Below, in pieces: positions 11,129 through 21,669 of a stretch of DNA of 64,000 nt. This DNA is from an uncultured Pseudomonadota bacterium (GTDB lineage Bacteria > Pseudomonadota > Gammaproteobacteria > Ga0077536), in the NCBI GenBank assembly GCA_913047675.1, contig CAJWTO010000001.1, positions 15,412-79,411 on the forward strand. Direction: 5' to 3'. The notes below the pieces were generated by a model. It searched no databases and had not been told where the DNA came from. It saw only the letters and a program-made list of their open reading frames with translations. Both the position numbers and the translations under genes were made by a program. Each line of letters begins with the position of its first letter. Position 1 is the stretch's first letter.

Positions 11129-13174
11129 TTACCTTTTAGGTGCCTGGCTCGTAACAATTTTGCGCGAAGGGATAGCGAGATACTCCGCCTTAATAGATTC
11201 AATTTCATCGCGTATTCTACCAGCTTCTTCAAACTCGAGATCTCTGGCATGATCGTGCATGATAATCTCTAATGCATCTACTTTTTTGAGTATCTCAAGC
11301 TGCGTCAAACCGGCATAGGCGGCTTCGCGTTTTTTACGCAATTTATCCAATTCATTCTTACCTATGTCCCCAGAATACCCACTTTCCATAATATCCGATA
11401 CTGGTTTCGCTATCCCTCTTGGGGTTACGCCGTGCTCTTCATTATAGGCTAGTTGTACCTCCCTCCTGCGTCCCATCTCATCCATTGCCCGCTTCATTGA
11501 CCCTGTAATTTTATCTGCGTAGAGAATTGCGCGACCTTCGACATGACGAGCCGCGCGACCTACCGTTTGTATTAATGATCGATCGGATCTCAAAAATCCC
11601 TCTTTATCAGCGTCCAAGATAGCGACTAAGGACACCTCAGGTAAATCTAAACCTTCCCTTAGGAGGTTAATCCCAACTAGTACGTCAAATTCACCCAGTC
11701 GCAGATCTCTGAGAATTTCGGTTCTTTCAACTGTCCCAATATCAGAATGAAGATACCGCACGCGAACTCCATGCTCAGACATATACTCTGTTAGATCCTC
11801 CGACATCCGCTTAGTCAAGGTAGTGACCAAGACTCGTTCTTCTCGAGCCACACACTTGTTTATCTCAGACAACAAATCATCGACCTGGCTACCCGCAGGA
11901 CGGATCTCGATTGGTGGATCTACCAAACCAGTTGGCCGAACAACTAATTCTACCACCTGCCCAGCGTGATCTTTTTCGTAAGTACTCGGTGTGGCTGAGA
12001 CAAAAATCATTTGGGGAGCAAATTTCTCAAATTCTTCGAACTTCAGTGGTCGATTATCTAGCGCCGAAGGCAATCGAAACCCATAGTTGACCAGACTTTC
12101 CTTACGTGAGCGATCTCCTTTATACATGGCACCCAGCTGTGGAATGGTTACGTGACTTTCATCGATAACAAGTAAGGAATTTTTTGGCAGGTACTCAATA
12201 AGCGTCGCAGGAGCCTCACCAGGCTGGCGTCCTGACAAATGACGACTATAATTCTCTACACCACTGCAGTAACCGATCTCAGTCATCATTTCTAAATCAA
12301 ACTTTGTTCTTTGCTCTAGCCTCTGAAATTCAACCAACTTATCTCGATTTTTGAGCTCGTCTAGTCGCTGTTTGAGCTCTATTTTAATCGTATCTATAGC
12401 TTTTAGTAGCGTACCTCGTTTAGTTACATAGTGTGATTTTGGGTATATCGTAAAACGAGGGATCTTCCGAATCACATGTCCTGTGAGCGGATCAAATTCG
12501 TAAAGAGATTCAATTTCTTCATCAAACAATTCTATTCGGATGGCGTTTTTCTCTGATTCAGCAGGAAAAACGTCAATCACATCTCCTTTTACTCGGAAAG
12601 TACCGCGCTCAAGCTCGACGTCGTTTCTTCGATACTGTATTTCGGCTAAGCGCTTCAAAATAAAACGCTGATTTATAATTGCGCCTCTCGCAAGGTGAAG
12701 AACCATAGCGTGATATTCTTCAGGTTCTCCCAACCCATAAATAGCGGAAACTGTAGCGACGATAATTGTATCCGGTCGCTCTAGCAAAGCTTTAGTGGCT
12801 GACAACCGCATCTGTTCAATGTGCGAGTTGATTGATGCGTCCTTTTCTATATAGGTGTCAGATGCTGGAACATATGCCTCAGGTTGGTAGTAGTCGTAGT
12901 AAGAAACGAAATACTCCACAGCGTTATTCGGGAAAAAATCTCGCATTTCGCCGTAAAGCTGTGCCGCTAAAGTTTTGTTAGGGGCCAATACCAGCGTGGG
13001 CCGCTGAACTTTCTCTATGGCATTCGCAATAGTAAAAGTTTTCCCTGACCCAGTCACTCCAAGCAAGGTCTGATGATAAAGTCCATCCTCAAGTCCACCA
13101 ATAATGGCGTCAATAGCGTCAGGCTGTCCACCTGCGGGAGAAAAGTCAGAGACTAATTCGAACTTTCTTGCCAT
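11129..13174 (-). CDS. uvrB: Excinuclease ABC subunit B
   Basis: 681 aa with Walker [11 protein letters not shown], the DESH box ([10 protein letters not shown]) and a C-terminal UVR motif ([13 protein letters not shown]). Confidence 0.96.
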   Translation of the reverse strand: MARKFELVSDFSPAGGQPDAIDAIIGGLEDGLYHQTLLGVTGSGKTFTIANAIEKVQRPTLVLAPNKTLAAQLYGEMRDFFPNNAVEYFVSYYDYYQPEAYVPASDTYIEKDASINSHIEQMRLSATKALLERPDTIIVATVSAIYGLGEPEEYHAMVLHLARGAIINQRFILKRLAEIQYRRNDVELERGTFRVKGDVIDVFPAESEKNAIRIELFDEEIESLYEFDPLTGHVIRKIPRFTIYPKSHYVTKRGTLLKAIDTIKIELKQRLDELKNRDKLVEFQRLEQRTKFDLEMMTEIGYCSGVENYSRHLSGRQPGEAPATLIEYLPKNSLLVIDESHVTIPQLGAMYKGDRSRKESLVNYGFRLPSALDNRPLKFEEFEKFAPQMIFVSATPSTYEKDHAGQVVELVVRPTGLVDPPIEIRPAGSQVDDLLSEINKCVAREERVLVTTLTKRMSEDLTEYMSEHGVRVRYLHSDIGTVERTEILRDLRLGEFDVLVGINLLREGLDLPEVSLVAILDADKEGFLRSDRSLIQTVGRAARHVEGRAILYADKITGSMKRAMDEMGRRREVQLAYNEEHGVTPRGIAKPVSDIMESGYSGDIGKNELDKLRKKREAAYAGLTQLEILKKVDALEIIMHDHARDLEFEEAGRIRDEIESIKAEYLAIPSRKIVTSQAPKR

Positions 13175-13314
13175 GATTGAATTACTTAATCTGATGAGAA
13201 CAAATGACGGATAAATATAACAGGAACGCGTCGGTTTCGCAGGAATGAGAGAACCGGAAAGAAATCACGCTGGCTTACCATTCCTTATAGTACTGTTTAG
13301 CAGGGGAAATCAGT

Positions 13315-14508
13315 TTATTTAGTCAGCCTCCATAGACCCGAAGAGCCGTCGTCACTTATTAGAAAAATATTACCCGCAGCATCAATTTCAAAGTCTCGAA
13401 TACGTCCAATCTTATTTTTAAAAATCACTTCCTCACTCGCGATCCTACCATCTACAAAAGCTAGTCTGATAAGACACCTGCCACTTAGACCGGACACCAA
13501 CATATCTCCCTCCCAATCTGGGAAGATATTGCCTTTATAAAACTGAATGGTCCCAATCCCTATCGATGGAACCCACGTTATCAAGGGCATTTCAAACTCA
13601 CTCGAAAAAGGAACGGTACCAATCCGAAATCCGCTGTACTCAGTGCCGCCCCAAGCAATTTTTTTCCAACCATAGTTCCCACTGTGTTTTACAACTCCAA
13701 CAAAGTCGCCACCCCTAGGCCCGTGGTTTGAAAAATACACTTCGTTATCATGCGGCGATAATGCTATGCCTTGAGAGTTTCTCACACCTATTTGATATAC
13801 TTCAGGTAACCAATTAGGACGAGTTGTTGAAGACGGATTATCGCTGGGTATAGTCCCGTCTAAATTTATACGGACTATACTCCCAGGATGCTTACGAGGA
13901 TCTTGAGCGATCATACCAAGATCTCTCTCTCCGAAGCCTGCATATAAAAAATTATCTTTAATAAGTATACGGGAACCATAGTGTTTCTTGCCTTTCTGGC
14001 TAGGCGTGGCGATGAGCAAAGTCTCCAGGTCAACTATTCTATTATTAACCAGTCTGCCTCGAGCGATTGCTGAGCTAGAGTGTCGCTCCTTTTGCTTTTG
14101 GGACGCCGTCTTTTTCAAATCATGGCTATAGGTGAAATAAATATAGCCATCAGCAGTATGAGCATATACATCGAGGAGTCCCCCCTGATCGGATGCGCCT
14201 CCTCCTCCAAAGCGGATACTTTGAATACTGTGAGTTATCGAGGTTTTGTCACCGGTATCGACATTGACTTTAAGCAGTGCCCCATCTTTCTCAGTTATGA
14301 GCAGATGCGTGTCGTCTAAGAAAGTCATACCCCATGGATAATTTAAACCGTCACTTATCTTTTCAAGTTTAAACTCAGTCTCAGTAAACGGGTAGTCTCG
14401 GTAATCACTATAAGAATAATTAGCCTCCAACATTGACGAAAATATCAATGTACACAGCAACATATAACAATAATCTTTTGGCAGTAGCCTCGCTAACGTC
14501 TTAACCAT
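13315..14508 (-). CDS. PQQ-dependent soluble sugar (glucose/sorbosone) dehydrogenase-like beta-propeller protein, exported
   Basis: 397 aa with a hydrophobic N-terminus. GSDH-family stretches are present (NYPWGMTFLDD..LLITEKDG, NHGPRGGDF). Confidence 0.7.
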   Translation of the reverse strand: MVKTLARLLPKDYCYMLLCTLIFSSMLEANYSYSDYRDYPFTETEFKLEKISDGLNYPWGMTFLDDTHLLITEKDGALLKVNVDTGDKTSITHSIQSIRFGGGGASDQGGLLDVYAHTADGYIYFTYSHDLKKTASQKQKERHSSSAIARGRLVNNRIVDLETLLIATPSQKGKKHYGSRILIKDNFLYAGFGERDLGMIAQDPRKHPGSIVRINLDGTIPSDNPSSTTRPNWLPEVYQIGVRNSQGIALSPHDNEVYFSNHGPRGGDFVGVVKHSGNYGWKKIAWGGTEYSGFRIGTVPFSSEFEMPLITWVPSIGIGTIQFYKGNIFPDWEGDMLVSGLSGRCLIRLAFVDGRIASEEVIFKNKIGRIRDFEIDAAGNIFLISDDGSSGLWRLTK

Positions 14509-14571
14509 ATCGCTATGAATCTTTCTCGGCTGATTTTAAAAAATTTAGTATCTAATGAGACATGATAACTG

Positions 14572-16689
14572 TCAAAGACGTTTTACTTCTACTAAGTTAT
14601 CAGAATAACTTGGCGCATGGCCAATGTCAGAAAATTCTTGTGAGCTGGTATGATTAGCAACACCTTTATTAAGTTGATCCCAGTATCCGAGGGTCGTCAA
14701 CACTACACCCGCTGGAACATCCTCGGTCAAGGCAGCCAGAGCTAAATAAGATCCTCGCTTATTAAATACTTTCACTTTATCCCCCTCATTGATTTTTCTA
14801 ACAGCAGCATCTACCTCATTAATAAGTAAGGATTGGGCGCCTTGGCTCTTAACTTTTTGCTCCATGTTGGCGTAACACGAGTTGAGGAATCCGTGACTCT
14901 TTGGTGAAATCAAGTTTAAAGGGAAGTCGTCCGCTAGTTCCGGGCTGCTAATGAGAGTCTCGCGGGGTGAAACAAAATCCGGAAGATTATCTAATTTTTC
15001 CCCACCTTGAAAGGCATCATACATTTGTCGAAATGTACCCACGACGAAATTACCATTATCTGCAATACTCGATTTGAACTCGCATTTCCCGGACGGGGTT
15101 GGAAAGTTCCCATCTCGATGAGGTGCCCGAACTTCTGCTGAACCTACATTTAAGCGAGCAAAGCCATGCTCACGTAGATAAGCGAGATCGATCCCTTCAC
15201 AAACCGGAGAGTCCCAATCAACAAAATGTTCTAAGCATTCACTATCTGACCATTGAAACTCGTCATCATCGAATCCCATGCATTTAGCAAGTCTCCTAAA
15301 GATCTCTCGATTAGAAATAGCTTCCCCAGGGGGTTCTATACATTTGCTGTTATAAGTTAGATAGTTATGCCCCCAAGACAAAATGATATCTTCCATTTCA
15401 GCCCCCATCGCTGCAGGAAGCACAATATCGGCATAGCTTGCAGTATCGGTCATGAAATGGTCGGCTACAATCATAAATAGATCGTCCCGCATCAGGCCTT
15501 CGATCACTTTCTGCGAATCGGGTGCCTGAGATACTGGATTAGCATTCCAACACATCAATGAGTGAAGTTGCTTCTTGGAGGATCGCCCAGTCAGCACATC
15601 CCCTATTTTAAGATTACTAATAACTTGAGTTCCTTTCGGAATCCAGTCAGGCCTGCATATTTTATCAAAAAGATAAGGATGCTCCCAAAAGGGAAACAGA
15701 AAAATACCACCACCGACTTCGCGCCAAGCACCGGTCAAAGAAGGCAAACAACACACCGCGCGTATAGCCTGACCGCCACCATGATGCCTCTCTAGCCCCA
15801 CCCCAATACGTATGGCAGCTGACTTCGTACTCGCATACTGTCTTGCAAGACCTCTTATATCGTCAGGCTGCAGCCCAGTCACTTCAGCTGTTTTTTCAGG
15901 AGTCCAGTTTTTTGCCCGCTGACTAAGCTCGTTATATCCAAGCGTGTGACTTTTAACGAAATCTTGATCTATTAAATTTTCTTCAATCAGAACATGTATC
16001 AGACCCATCGCCAATGCGCCGTCAGTACCGGCCTTGGGCGCAATGTGCCAATCGGCCTCTTTAGCTGTCCGCGACCGGTAAGGATCGATTACAACCACCT
16101 TAGCTCCTTTTTTCTGTGCCTTTTTAACGATATGCCAGTGGTGAATGTTTGTGCTAACGCTGTTACACGCCCAGAGAATTATAAACTTAGAGTACTGGAA
16201 ACTTTCAGGATCCATACCGCCGCTGGGACCATAAGTCATAGCCCAAGCGGTCGCTGCTCCAGACCCGCACATCGTGCGTTCCATGACAGACGCACCAAGT
16301 CGGTTAAAAAATGCATCGCCGCCATTTATCCCGTGTACCAAGCCTTGGTGGCCGGCATAGCTATAAGGAGCAATCGCTTGCGCACCATGTTCTCTAATGA
16401 TGTCGACCCAGCGGCTAGATATGTCATCTAGTGCATCAGACCAACTTATTCTTTCAAATGAACGAGTGCCTTTTTTCCCGACTCTTCTCATCGGATAGAG
16501 CAATCTATTCGGGTGATAGTGACGCTTCTCATAATCCTTTAATTTGACACAAAGACCTCCTTGAGTCATGGGATGCTCGGCGTTGCCTTTGACTGATAAC
16601 AACTTCTTATCTTGGACTTCATAAACCATAGCGCACGTGTCGGGACAATCATGCGGACACGCACCTGCATAGTTAACGATTTTCGACAT
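14572..16689 (-). CDS. Molybdopterin (bis-MGD) oxidoreductase, DMSO reductase superfamily, cytoplasmic type
   Basis: N-terminal 4Fe-4S motif CPHDCPDTC with long MopB-type core and C-terminal beta-barrel region. I chose the start at ATG 16689 (MSKIVNY...); the ORF track's upstream extension to 16737 adds 16 non-conserved residues. Confidence 0.8.
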   Translation of the reverse strand: MSKIVNYAGACPHDCPDTCAMVYEVQDKKLLSVKGNAEHPMTQGGLCVKLKDYEKRHYHPNRLLYPMRRVGKKGTRSFERISWSDALDDISSRWVDIIREHGAQAIAPYSYAGHQGLVHGINGGDAFFNRLGASVMERTMCGSGAATAWAMTYGPSGGMDPESFQYSKFIILWACNSVSTNIHHWHIVKKAQKKGAKVVVIDPYRSRTAKEADWHIAPKAGTDGALAMGLIHVLIEENLIDQDFVKSHTLGYNELSQRAKNWTPEKTAEVTGLQPDDIRGLARQYASTKSAAIRIGVGLERHHGGGQAIRAVCCLPSLTGAWREVGGGIFLFPFWEHPYLFDKICRPDWIPKGTQVISNLKIGDVLTGRSSKKQLHSLMCWNANPVSQAPDSQKVIEGLMRDDLFMIVADHFMTDTASYADIVLPAAMGAEMEDIILSWGHNYLTYNSKCIEPPGEAISNREIFRRLAKCMGFDDDEFQWSDSECLEHFVDWDSPVCEGIDLAYLREHGFARLNVGSAEVRAPHRDGNFPTPSGKCEFKSSIADNGNFVVGTFRQMYDAFQGGEKLDNLPDFVSPRETLISSPELADDFPLNLISPKSHGFLNSCYANMEQKVKSQGAQSLLINEVDAAVRKINEGDKVKVFNKRGSYLALAALTEDVPAGVVLTTLGYWDQLNKGVANHTSSQEFSDIGHAPSYSDNLVEVKRL

Positions 16690-16942
16690 ATTTGACACTC
16701 CCGTTATACATAACCAGCGACTCACTTTGAACACCATACTAGAAAAATTAAAAGGGTTTCAAATACTATGTGTACTCTAGTACAAATGCAGAATAAAACT
16801 AGTTTTTTAAAACAATTTTGAAATTTATATGCCAAGTAAGCCAAATGACCAATTGATTATCGACGCCTGTTTAGGCTACCATACGGCGCTATATAAGGTC
16901 TGCGGCGTGAGCCTCCCGTGAAGGCGGGATACGCTATACAAT

Positions 16943-17018
16943 TCCTCGGTAGCTCAGTTGGTAGAGCGGGTGACTGTTAATCACTAGGTCGGCGGTTCGA
17001 GCCCGTCCCGAGGAGCCA
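16943..17018 (+). tRNA. tRNA-Asn (anticodon GUU), CCA encoded
   Basis: Cloverleaf: acceptor TCCTCGG/CCGAGGA, D stem GCTC/GAGC, anticodon stem GGTGA/TCACT with loop CTGTTAA, T arm GGCGG-TTCGAGC-CCGTC, then GCCA. Close to E. coli tRNA-Asn. Confidence 0.93.
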
Positions 17019-17065
17019 TTTTTCCATTCAATTTTTTTTGCTAGAGCAATCGTCCGGGATTCTAA

Positions 17066-17323
17066 ATGTACCTAATCATATTCTTAGCTCGCAAACTAAA
17101 AGTATCCCCATTTATAGCTAGCCTGATTCTCATGGGAGTACTGACTATTTTGTTCGCTTCAACCAATTCTGAAGGCTGGCAACCTTTTCAGCAATCTGAC
17201 TTTCTGCTCAAATGGATTGGCATTTGCGCAGCAACTATTGGATGGGTCTGGTTCATCGCAGGATTCTGGAAAGACGGCGAGTACCGCAAGCACTGGTTCA
17301 AGAAAGACTTCTGGCAGAAGTAA
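17066..17323 (+). CDS. Small hypothetical membrane protein (2-3 TM)
   Basis: 85-aa ORF with hydrophobic helices (FIASLILMGVLTILFA, WIGICAATIGWVWFIAGFW). No recognisable family. Confidence 0.4.
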   Translation: MYLIIFLARKLKVSPFIASLILMGVLTILFASTNSEGWQPFQQSDFLLKWIGICAATIGWVWFIAGFWKDGEYRKHWFKKDFWQK

Positions 17324-17337
17324 TCAAAAAGCTTAAT

Positions 17338-18216
17338 TTAAGCAGATATTCGTCCCCAGAACCCACCCCACTTCACCAGCGACGCCGGGAATTTCTCCCT
17401 GACAACTGACCAAACTTCCGCGTAACGATACCAGGGAAGTCCTGGATATAAATGGTGAATTAAATGTCGGCTTTGTCCGAGCATTAGCCAATGATTGGCT
17501 TTCGTCGTTTCGATAATGCCAGTGGCACCGACTGGATTCACTCGTTGTTCAACCCCATGAGGATGATGTATGTAAGCAAAAAGGTAGACTAAAGCAATTC
17601 GTGCCAATAAACACGGAACTACAAACGCAACAAGAAACTCATTGATAAAGCTCGAAGTAAAACCAATGACCAGTACGGAGATATAGATCAAAACTCCAAC
17701 AGAAAATCTAACTCGCTCCGCAACAGGCCTTGTCGTCCAAGCCCCGACATAGTACCGAACCCATAGAACATCTAAAAACGCCCACCGTGCTACGCGGGTA
17801 AAGACTGAACCAATTAGAAATGGTACGTCGGGATCAGCGTCTGCCTCTCCCGTATGTTGATGATGTTGTAAGACATGTAGATAGCGATACAAGCTTGTGT
17901 TAAAGCCGGGTAACAACAATTGTGCAGACATGGTCCCCAGTGTCTCATTAATCCAATTCACTCTCGATAACGACCTATGCACAGCTTCGTGAAATGGGGT
18001 GAAACTAATGTAAATAAATATCGCATTCGCAACTATCACCAGCGGCCAGCTAATGGCACCTTGTAAATACATGTAGGTAGTCGCGCCAAACCCTACATAG
18101 AACACCACAAAAAGTAACGATGTTGGCAGGGATAATATCGGTACTTTGAAAACCTCCGCTAAGGCTGGCTCATTCCTAACCGCTTTAATAATTTTTCTCT
18201 GCTCTACAGCTTCCAT
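17338..18216 (-). CDS. Membrane di-iron fatty-acid desaturase/hydroxylase family protein
   Basis: Three histidine boxes are present: HEAVH, HVLQHHQH and HLIHHLYP. There are several TM helices. I moved the start to ATG 18216 (MEAVEQRK), which has a GGGGGAGAG Shine-Dalgarno; the ORF-track start at 18255 has none. Confidence 0.75.
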   Translation of the reverse strand: MEAVEQRKIIKAVRNEPALAEVFKVPILSLPTSLLFVVFYVGFGATTYMYLQGAISWPLVIVANAIFIYISFTPFHEAVHRSLSRVNWINETLGTMSAQLLLPGFNTSLYRYLHVLQHHQHTGEADADPDVPFLIGSVFTRVARWAFLDVLWVRYYVGAWTTRPVAERVRFSVGVLIYISVLVIGFTSSFINEFLVAFVVPCLLARIALVYLFAYIHHPHGVEQRVNPVGATGIIETTKANHWLMLGQSRHLIHHLYPGLPWYRYAEVWSVVREKFPASLVKWGGFWGRISA

Positions 18217-18330
18217 GGGTAACTCTCCCCCATTTAAATATCGTCCAGTCACCATAATAAGTATGTGCTTATTAATTTACGACTTCAAGCGCCATTTACG
18301 AACGTGGATATTACAAAAAATCGAGCGCAA

Positions 18331-19089
18331 TCAGCCGCCCGGTCCACCGCCATTCACGTAAATGATCTGTCCGGTAACAAAGCTAGAAGTATTTGAAGCG
18401 AGAACAGCAACCATATTGGCTATTTCCTCGGTCCTACCCAGTCGTTTCATCGGTATCGAGTCTTCATACTCTCGGGCTTTAGCTTCGCCCAGTTCATTAA
18501 ACGCATTTCTCAGCATATCAGTTTCAATAAAACCTGGGGCTATCGCGTTAACGCGAATTCCGTGGGACGCTTCTTCCTTAGAAAGAACCTGCGTTAATGC
18601 TTCTAGTCCCGCTTTGGATACTGCATAAGGACCAAAATTAGGGGCTAATCTGCGAGTAACATTAGAGCTGATATTAATAATATTTCCAGATGCCTGTTTT
18701 CGCATATGTGGAATGACGGCCTTTACCATTCGAAAAGCACTACTCAAATTAGCGTCCATAGTCGCATCCCAATCTTCTACTGTCTGATCAACCAGAAACT
18801 CCTTAGGAGGACTAATACCCGCATTGTTCACTAGCACGTCGATTTTCCCAAAAGCATCGAGCGCAGACTCAACTATTTTGCTAGGAGATGTTTTATCGCA
18901 TGTGTCTGCCTTAAGTGCCACACCTTTTACTCCTGCAGAATTTATAGCCTCCAGAACTTCCTGTGCAGCGATCTCATTAGTTAAATAAGTAATCAGAACA
19001 TCATAATTTTGGTTAGCGAATTCAATTGCGATGGCACGCCCAATACCTCGTGACCCACCTGTTACTACTATCGATTTATTCTTGCTCAT
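18331..19089 (-). CDS. Short-chain dehydrogenase/reductase (FabG-like)
   Basis: 252 aa with the TGGSRGIGRAIA cofactor motif, NNAG, and catalytic YAVSK. Confidence 0.85.
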   Translation of the reverse strand: MSKNKSIVVTGGSRGIGRAIAIEFANQNYDVLITYLTNEIAAQEVLEAINSAGVKGVALKADTCDKTSPSKIVESALDAFGKIDVLVNNAGISPPKEFLVDQTVEDWDATMDANLSSAFRMVKAVIPHMRKQASGNIINISSNVTRRLAPNFGPYAVSKAGLEALTQVLSKEEASHGIRVNAIAPGFIETDMLRNAFNELGEAKAREYEDSIPMKRLGRTEEIANMVAVLASNTSSFVTGQIIYVNGGGPGG

Positions 19090-19117
19090 CGTGTTTACTT
19101 AGCCCTTCGTTCTTAAA

Positions 19118-20803
19118 TTAAGCCTCTGTTTCTATTCCCACCACGATCTCAATTAAACTAGGTCGGCCTGATCGTATAGATGAAGTCACGACCTCATTGA
19201 TGTCATTGAGACGAGTGATTCTTTTACTTGCTATACCCATGCTAGTCGCCAATGCTTGGAAATCAATGGGTGGTTCGACTAAGTCCATGGCAATGAACTT
19301 ACCGGTTTGAGCTGACTCATACTCTGGCTGAGAGCGCATAAAATTTTTCAGTATGTTGTATTCCGTATTATTGATTACGATAAATGTTACCGGTAATTTC
19401 TCATAGGCGGCTGTCCACAAGCACTGAGGCGAATACATCGCCGCACCGTCGCCTACGATCGAAACGACCGGTTCGCGCCCAAGCCCAAGAGAAAAGCCAA
19501 TAGCTGCAGGCATGCCCCACCCTAAGGCTCCGCCTCGATTCATAGAGTACTGCCTAGAATGATCGTTATCTAGAAACTGTCTTAAATGCGTAGTAGTGGC
19601 TAGCGCCTCATCGACTATCGGAGTCTTACCAATAGCACGCGCAAGTTCACGAGCTACGGGCATAGGATGGAGAGGCTCTCGAACGGACAATTGATCCGCT
19701 CTCTTGTTCAACTCTCTTCTGACATCTGAGAATAGTTTTGAAGCCTTGACTCGCTCTAATCCATATTCATCTGATTTAGACTGAACTTCTTTTTGCAACA
19801 AGCCATTAAGCTCTCTCGCTGAGTATTCAATATCACCAACGAGTGACAATTTAGTAGCGTAACTCCTCCCCAAATCCCGACCATCCGAAGATAACTGGAA
19901 AAGATCACAGTTTTCTGGAAGAGCAGGCTTATCAGAATAAAGAACCGTGATGAACGACTTACCTCCAAAGGCTAAAACAGCGTCGAAATTAGACATCGTA
20001 TTTCCAATGGCCTCCGTACTAGTCGGAAGATTACCTCTCCAGAGATAGTGACTAGTTGGATAGGGTATATGCGCTGGCCAGGACGAACCATAGACTGGTG
20101 CCGCCAAAAGCTCGGCCAAACTCACAACTTCTTTGTAAGCATCGTTTACAGAGATCTCGTCACCAGCAACTATTGCAACCTTACCTGGTTTATAAGCCGC
20201 TAGGTAAGACGCTAGTTCAGGCAGTCCATGCGCTACGGGCCTCCTATCAACATAAGACACATCTTGAATTTGAGCGTCACAAGACTCCTCCATAACATTC
20301 ATAGGAAGAGACAAGAAGACCGCGCCAGATGGCGTCGCCTTTGAGTCTTGGAAGGCGCGATGAACTAGTACAGGGATCTGGTCAGGATTAGAAATTTCTG
20401 CAGCCCACTTACAAATCGGTCGAGCTATAGAGACGAGGTCGCCCTGCAACAAGGGATCATAAATTGCATGGCGTGTGTCTTGTTGACCAGCGGTGACTAT
20501 TAACGGAGTACCAGAAGTCAAGGCATTCAATAGATTGCCAACACCATTCCCGAACCCCCCAGCGGTGTGTAAATTAACGACACCGGGTTTGCCGGAGGCC
20601 TGAGCATAACCATCCGCCATCGCTACCACACTGGCTTCTTGAAGCGCCCAAACATAATGCACCTTAGGGCGTGTAAGTAACGCGTCCATTAAAGGTAGCT
20701 CTGTTGTTCCTGGGTTTCCAAAAATAAATTCTGCCCCCTCACTTTCTAGAACGTCTAGAAATATTGAGGCTCCATTTTTCTTACCTTTAGACATGCTCAT
20801 CAC
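19118..20803 (-). CDS. Thiamine-diphosphate-dependent decarboxylase, benzoylformate decarboxylase-like
   Basis: 561 aa. The N-terminal PYR domain (FGNPGTTELPLMDAL...ADGYAQASGKPGVVNLHTAGG...IVTAGQQ) closely parallels the remembered MdlC sequence. ThDP motif GDGAAMYS...VINNTEY. Confidence 0.7.
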   Translation of the reverse strand: MMSMSKGKKNGASIFLDVLESEGAEFIFGNPGTTELPLMDALLTRPKVHYVWALQEASVVAMADGYAQASGKPGVVNLHTAGGFGNGVGNLLNALTSGTPLIVTAGQQDTRHAIYDPLLQGDLVSIARPICKWAAEISNPDQIPVLVHRAFQDSKATPSGAVFLSLPMNVMEESCDAQIQDVSYVDRRPVAHGLPELASYLAAYKPGKVAIVAGDEISVNDAYKEVVSLAELLAAPVYGSSWPAHIPYPTSHYLWRGNLPTSTEAIGNTMSNFDAVLAFGGKSFITVLYSDKPALPENCDLFQLSSDGRDLGRSYATKLSLVGDIEYSARELNGLLQKEVQSKSDEYGLERVKASKLFSDVRRELNKRADQLSVREPLHPMPVARELARAIGKTPIVDEALATTTHLRQFLDNDHSRQYSMNRGGALGWGMPAAIGFSLGLGREPVVSIVGDGAAMYSPQCLWTAAYEKLPVTFIVINNTEYNILKNFMRSQPEYESAQTGKFIAMDLVEPPIDFQALATSMGIASKRITRLNDINEVVTSSIRSGRPSLIEIVVGIETEA

Positions 20804-20911
20804 CTAAGTTTGAAACCGACTAGCTTGCTAAACTTTAAGTTTAATGCCTAGAATTTGTTTTAGGAACAAATAAAATTTAACTTGTAAAAATTCTAAGGGA
20901 AAAGGTGTGTA

Positions 20912-21349
20912 ATGGCTTTAATAAGAAGAGCAACAAAAGATGACTTTCCCCAGATAATATCCTTACTGAAGAGTTTCCCAGATGACCCTGAAATCCCAGA
21001 TATTAATTGGGATGATGCGCAAACAGTACTACCTGCCCTACTATCCGAAGAACACGGCTTAATTCTTGTCTCAGAGGATAACGGAGTATTGGCTGGTCTT
21101 GTAACTATGTCCTTTCCGATTGTGCTGAGATTTGGGGGCGAGTATGCACTTATTGAGGACTTTATAGTTGACGAACGATTTCGTGGTCGCGGCATTGGGA
21201 GTCCGCTCCTGAAAAGTGCCTTTGAGGAGGCGCGCGCCCGAGGTTGCCGCGAGTTACAGGTCAATGGTGCCTCGGAAATAGGAAAGCCAGTCTATATCAA
21301 AAATGGGTTACATGAAGCAGGGCAACATTTAAAAATATTTTTACGATAA
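20912..21349 (+). CDS. GNAT family N-acetyltransferase
   Basis: 145 aa with the acetyl-CoA motif RGRGIGSPLL. Good SD upstream. Confidence 0.8.
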   Translation: MALIRRATKDDFPQIISLLKSFPDDPEIPDINWDDAQTVLPALLSEEHGLILVSEDNGVLAGLVTMSFPIVLRFGGEYALIEDFIVDERFRGRGIGSPLLKSAFEEARARGCRELQVNGASEIGKPVYIKNGLHEAGQHLKIFLR

Positions 21350-21380
21350 CGTTTTCAACTGAGTATGGAGTGATGCGCGG

Positions 21381-21644
21381 ATGATAATTCATTGGTACGA
21401 TTTTGTTGGGACGTTTGGCGTTATCCTGTGCTTAATTGCATACTTTCAACTCCAGACATCCCGATGGACTAGTTTTGATTTAGAATATTCTATATTAAAT
21501 CTGCTCGGCTCACTTTTGATAGGATTAACCCTGCTATTCGACTTCAACTTGTCGGCGTTAATAATAGAAGTTTGCTGGATAGCTATTAGTATTTATGGGG
21601 TATGGAATTACTTCCAGAATAAAGCACAACAAACAAGCTCTTAA
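21381..21644 (+). CDS. Small hypothetical membrane protein (3 TM)
   Basis: 87 aa with three hydrophobic helices. No assignable family from sequence alone. Confidence 0.45.
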   Translation: MIIHWYDFVGTFGVILCLIAYFQLQTSRWTSFDLEYSILNLLGSLLIGLTLLFDFNLSALIIEVCWIAISIYGVWNYFQNKAQQTSS

Positions 21645-21669
21645 AAGTCTAAGGTTAAGTCTGTCTAAA

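Noticed and set aside
13175-13314. Looked for a LexA (SOS) box CTGT-N8-ACAG upstream of uvrB.
   Set aside because: Only TACTGTTTAGCAG is present, and it lacks the correctly spaced second half-site.
16738-16942. Possible Moco riboswitch or operator upstream of the molybdopterin oxidoreductase, including the palindrome TGTAC-TCTA-GTACA at 16771-16784.
   Set aside because: The region is AT-rich with no extended conserved-looking helices. A 5+5 inverted repeat is expected by chance in 200 nt. The two short ORFs here (17 and 30 codons) lack Shine-Dalgarno sequences.
16943-17066. tRNA-Asn as the attachment site of a genomic island.
   Set aside because: No integrase or excisionase gene is adjacent, and I could not find a repeat of the tRNA 3' end elsewhere in the intergenic regions by eye.
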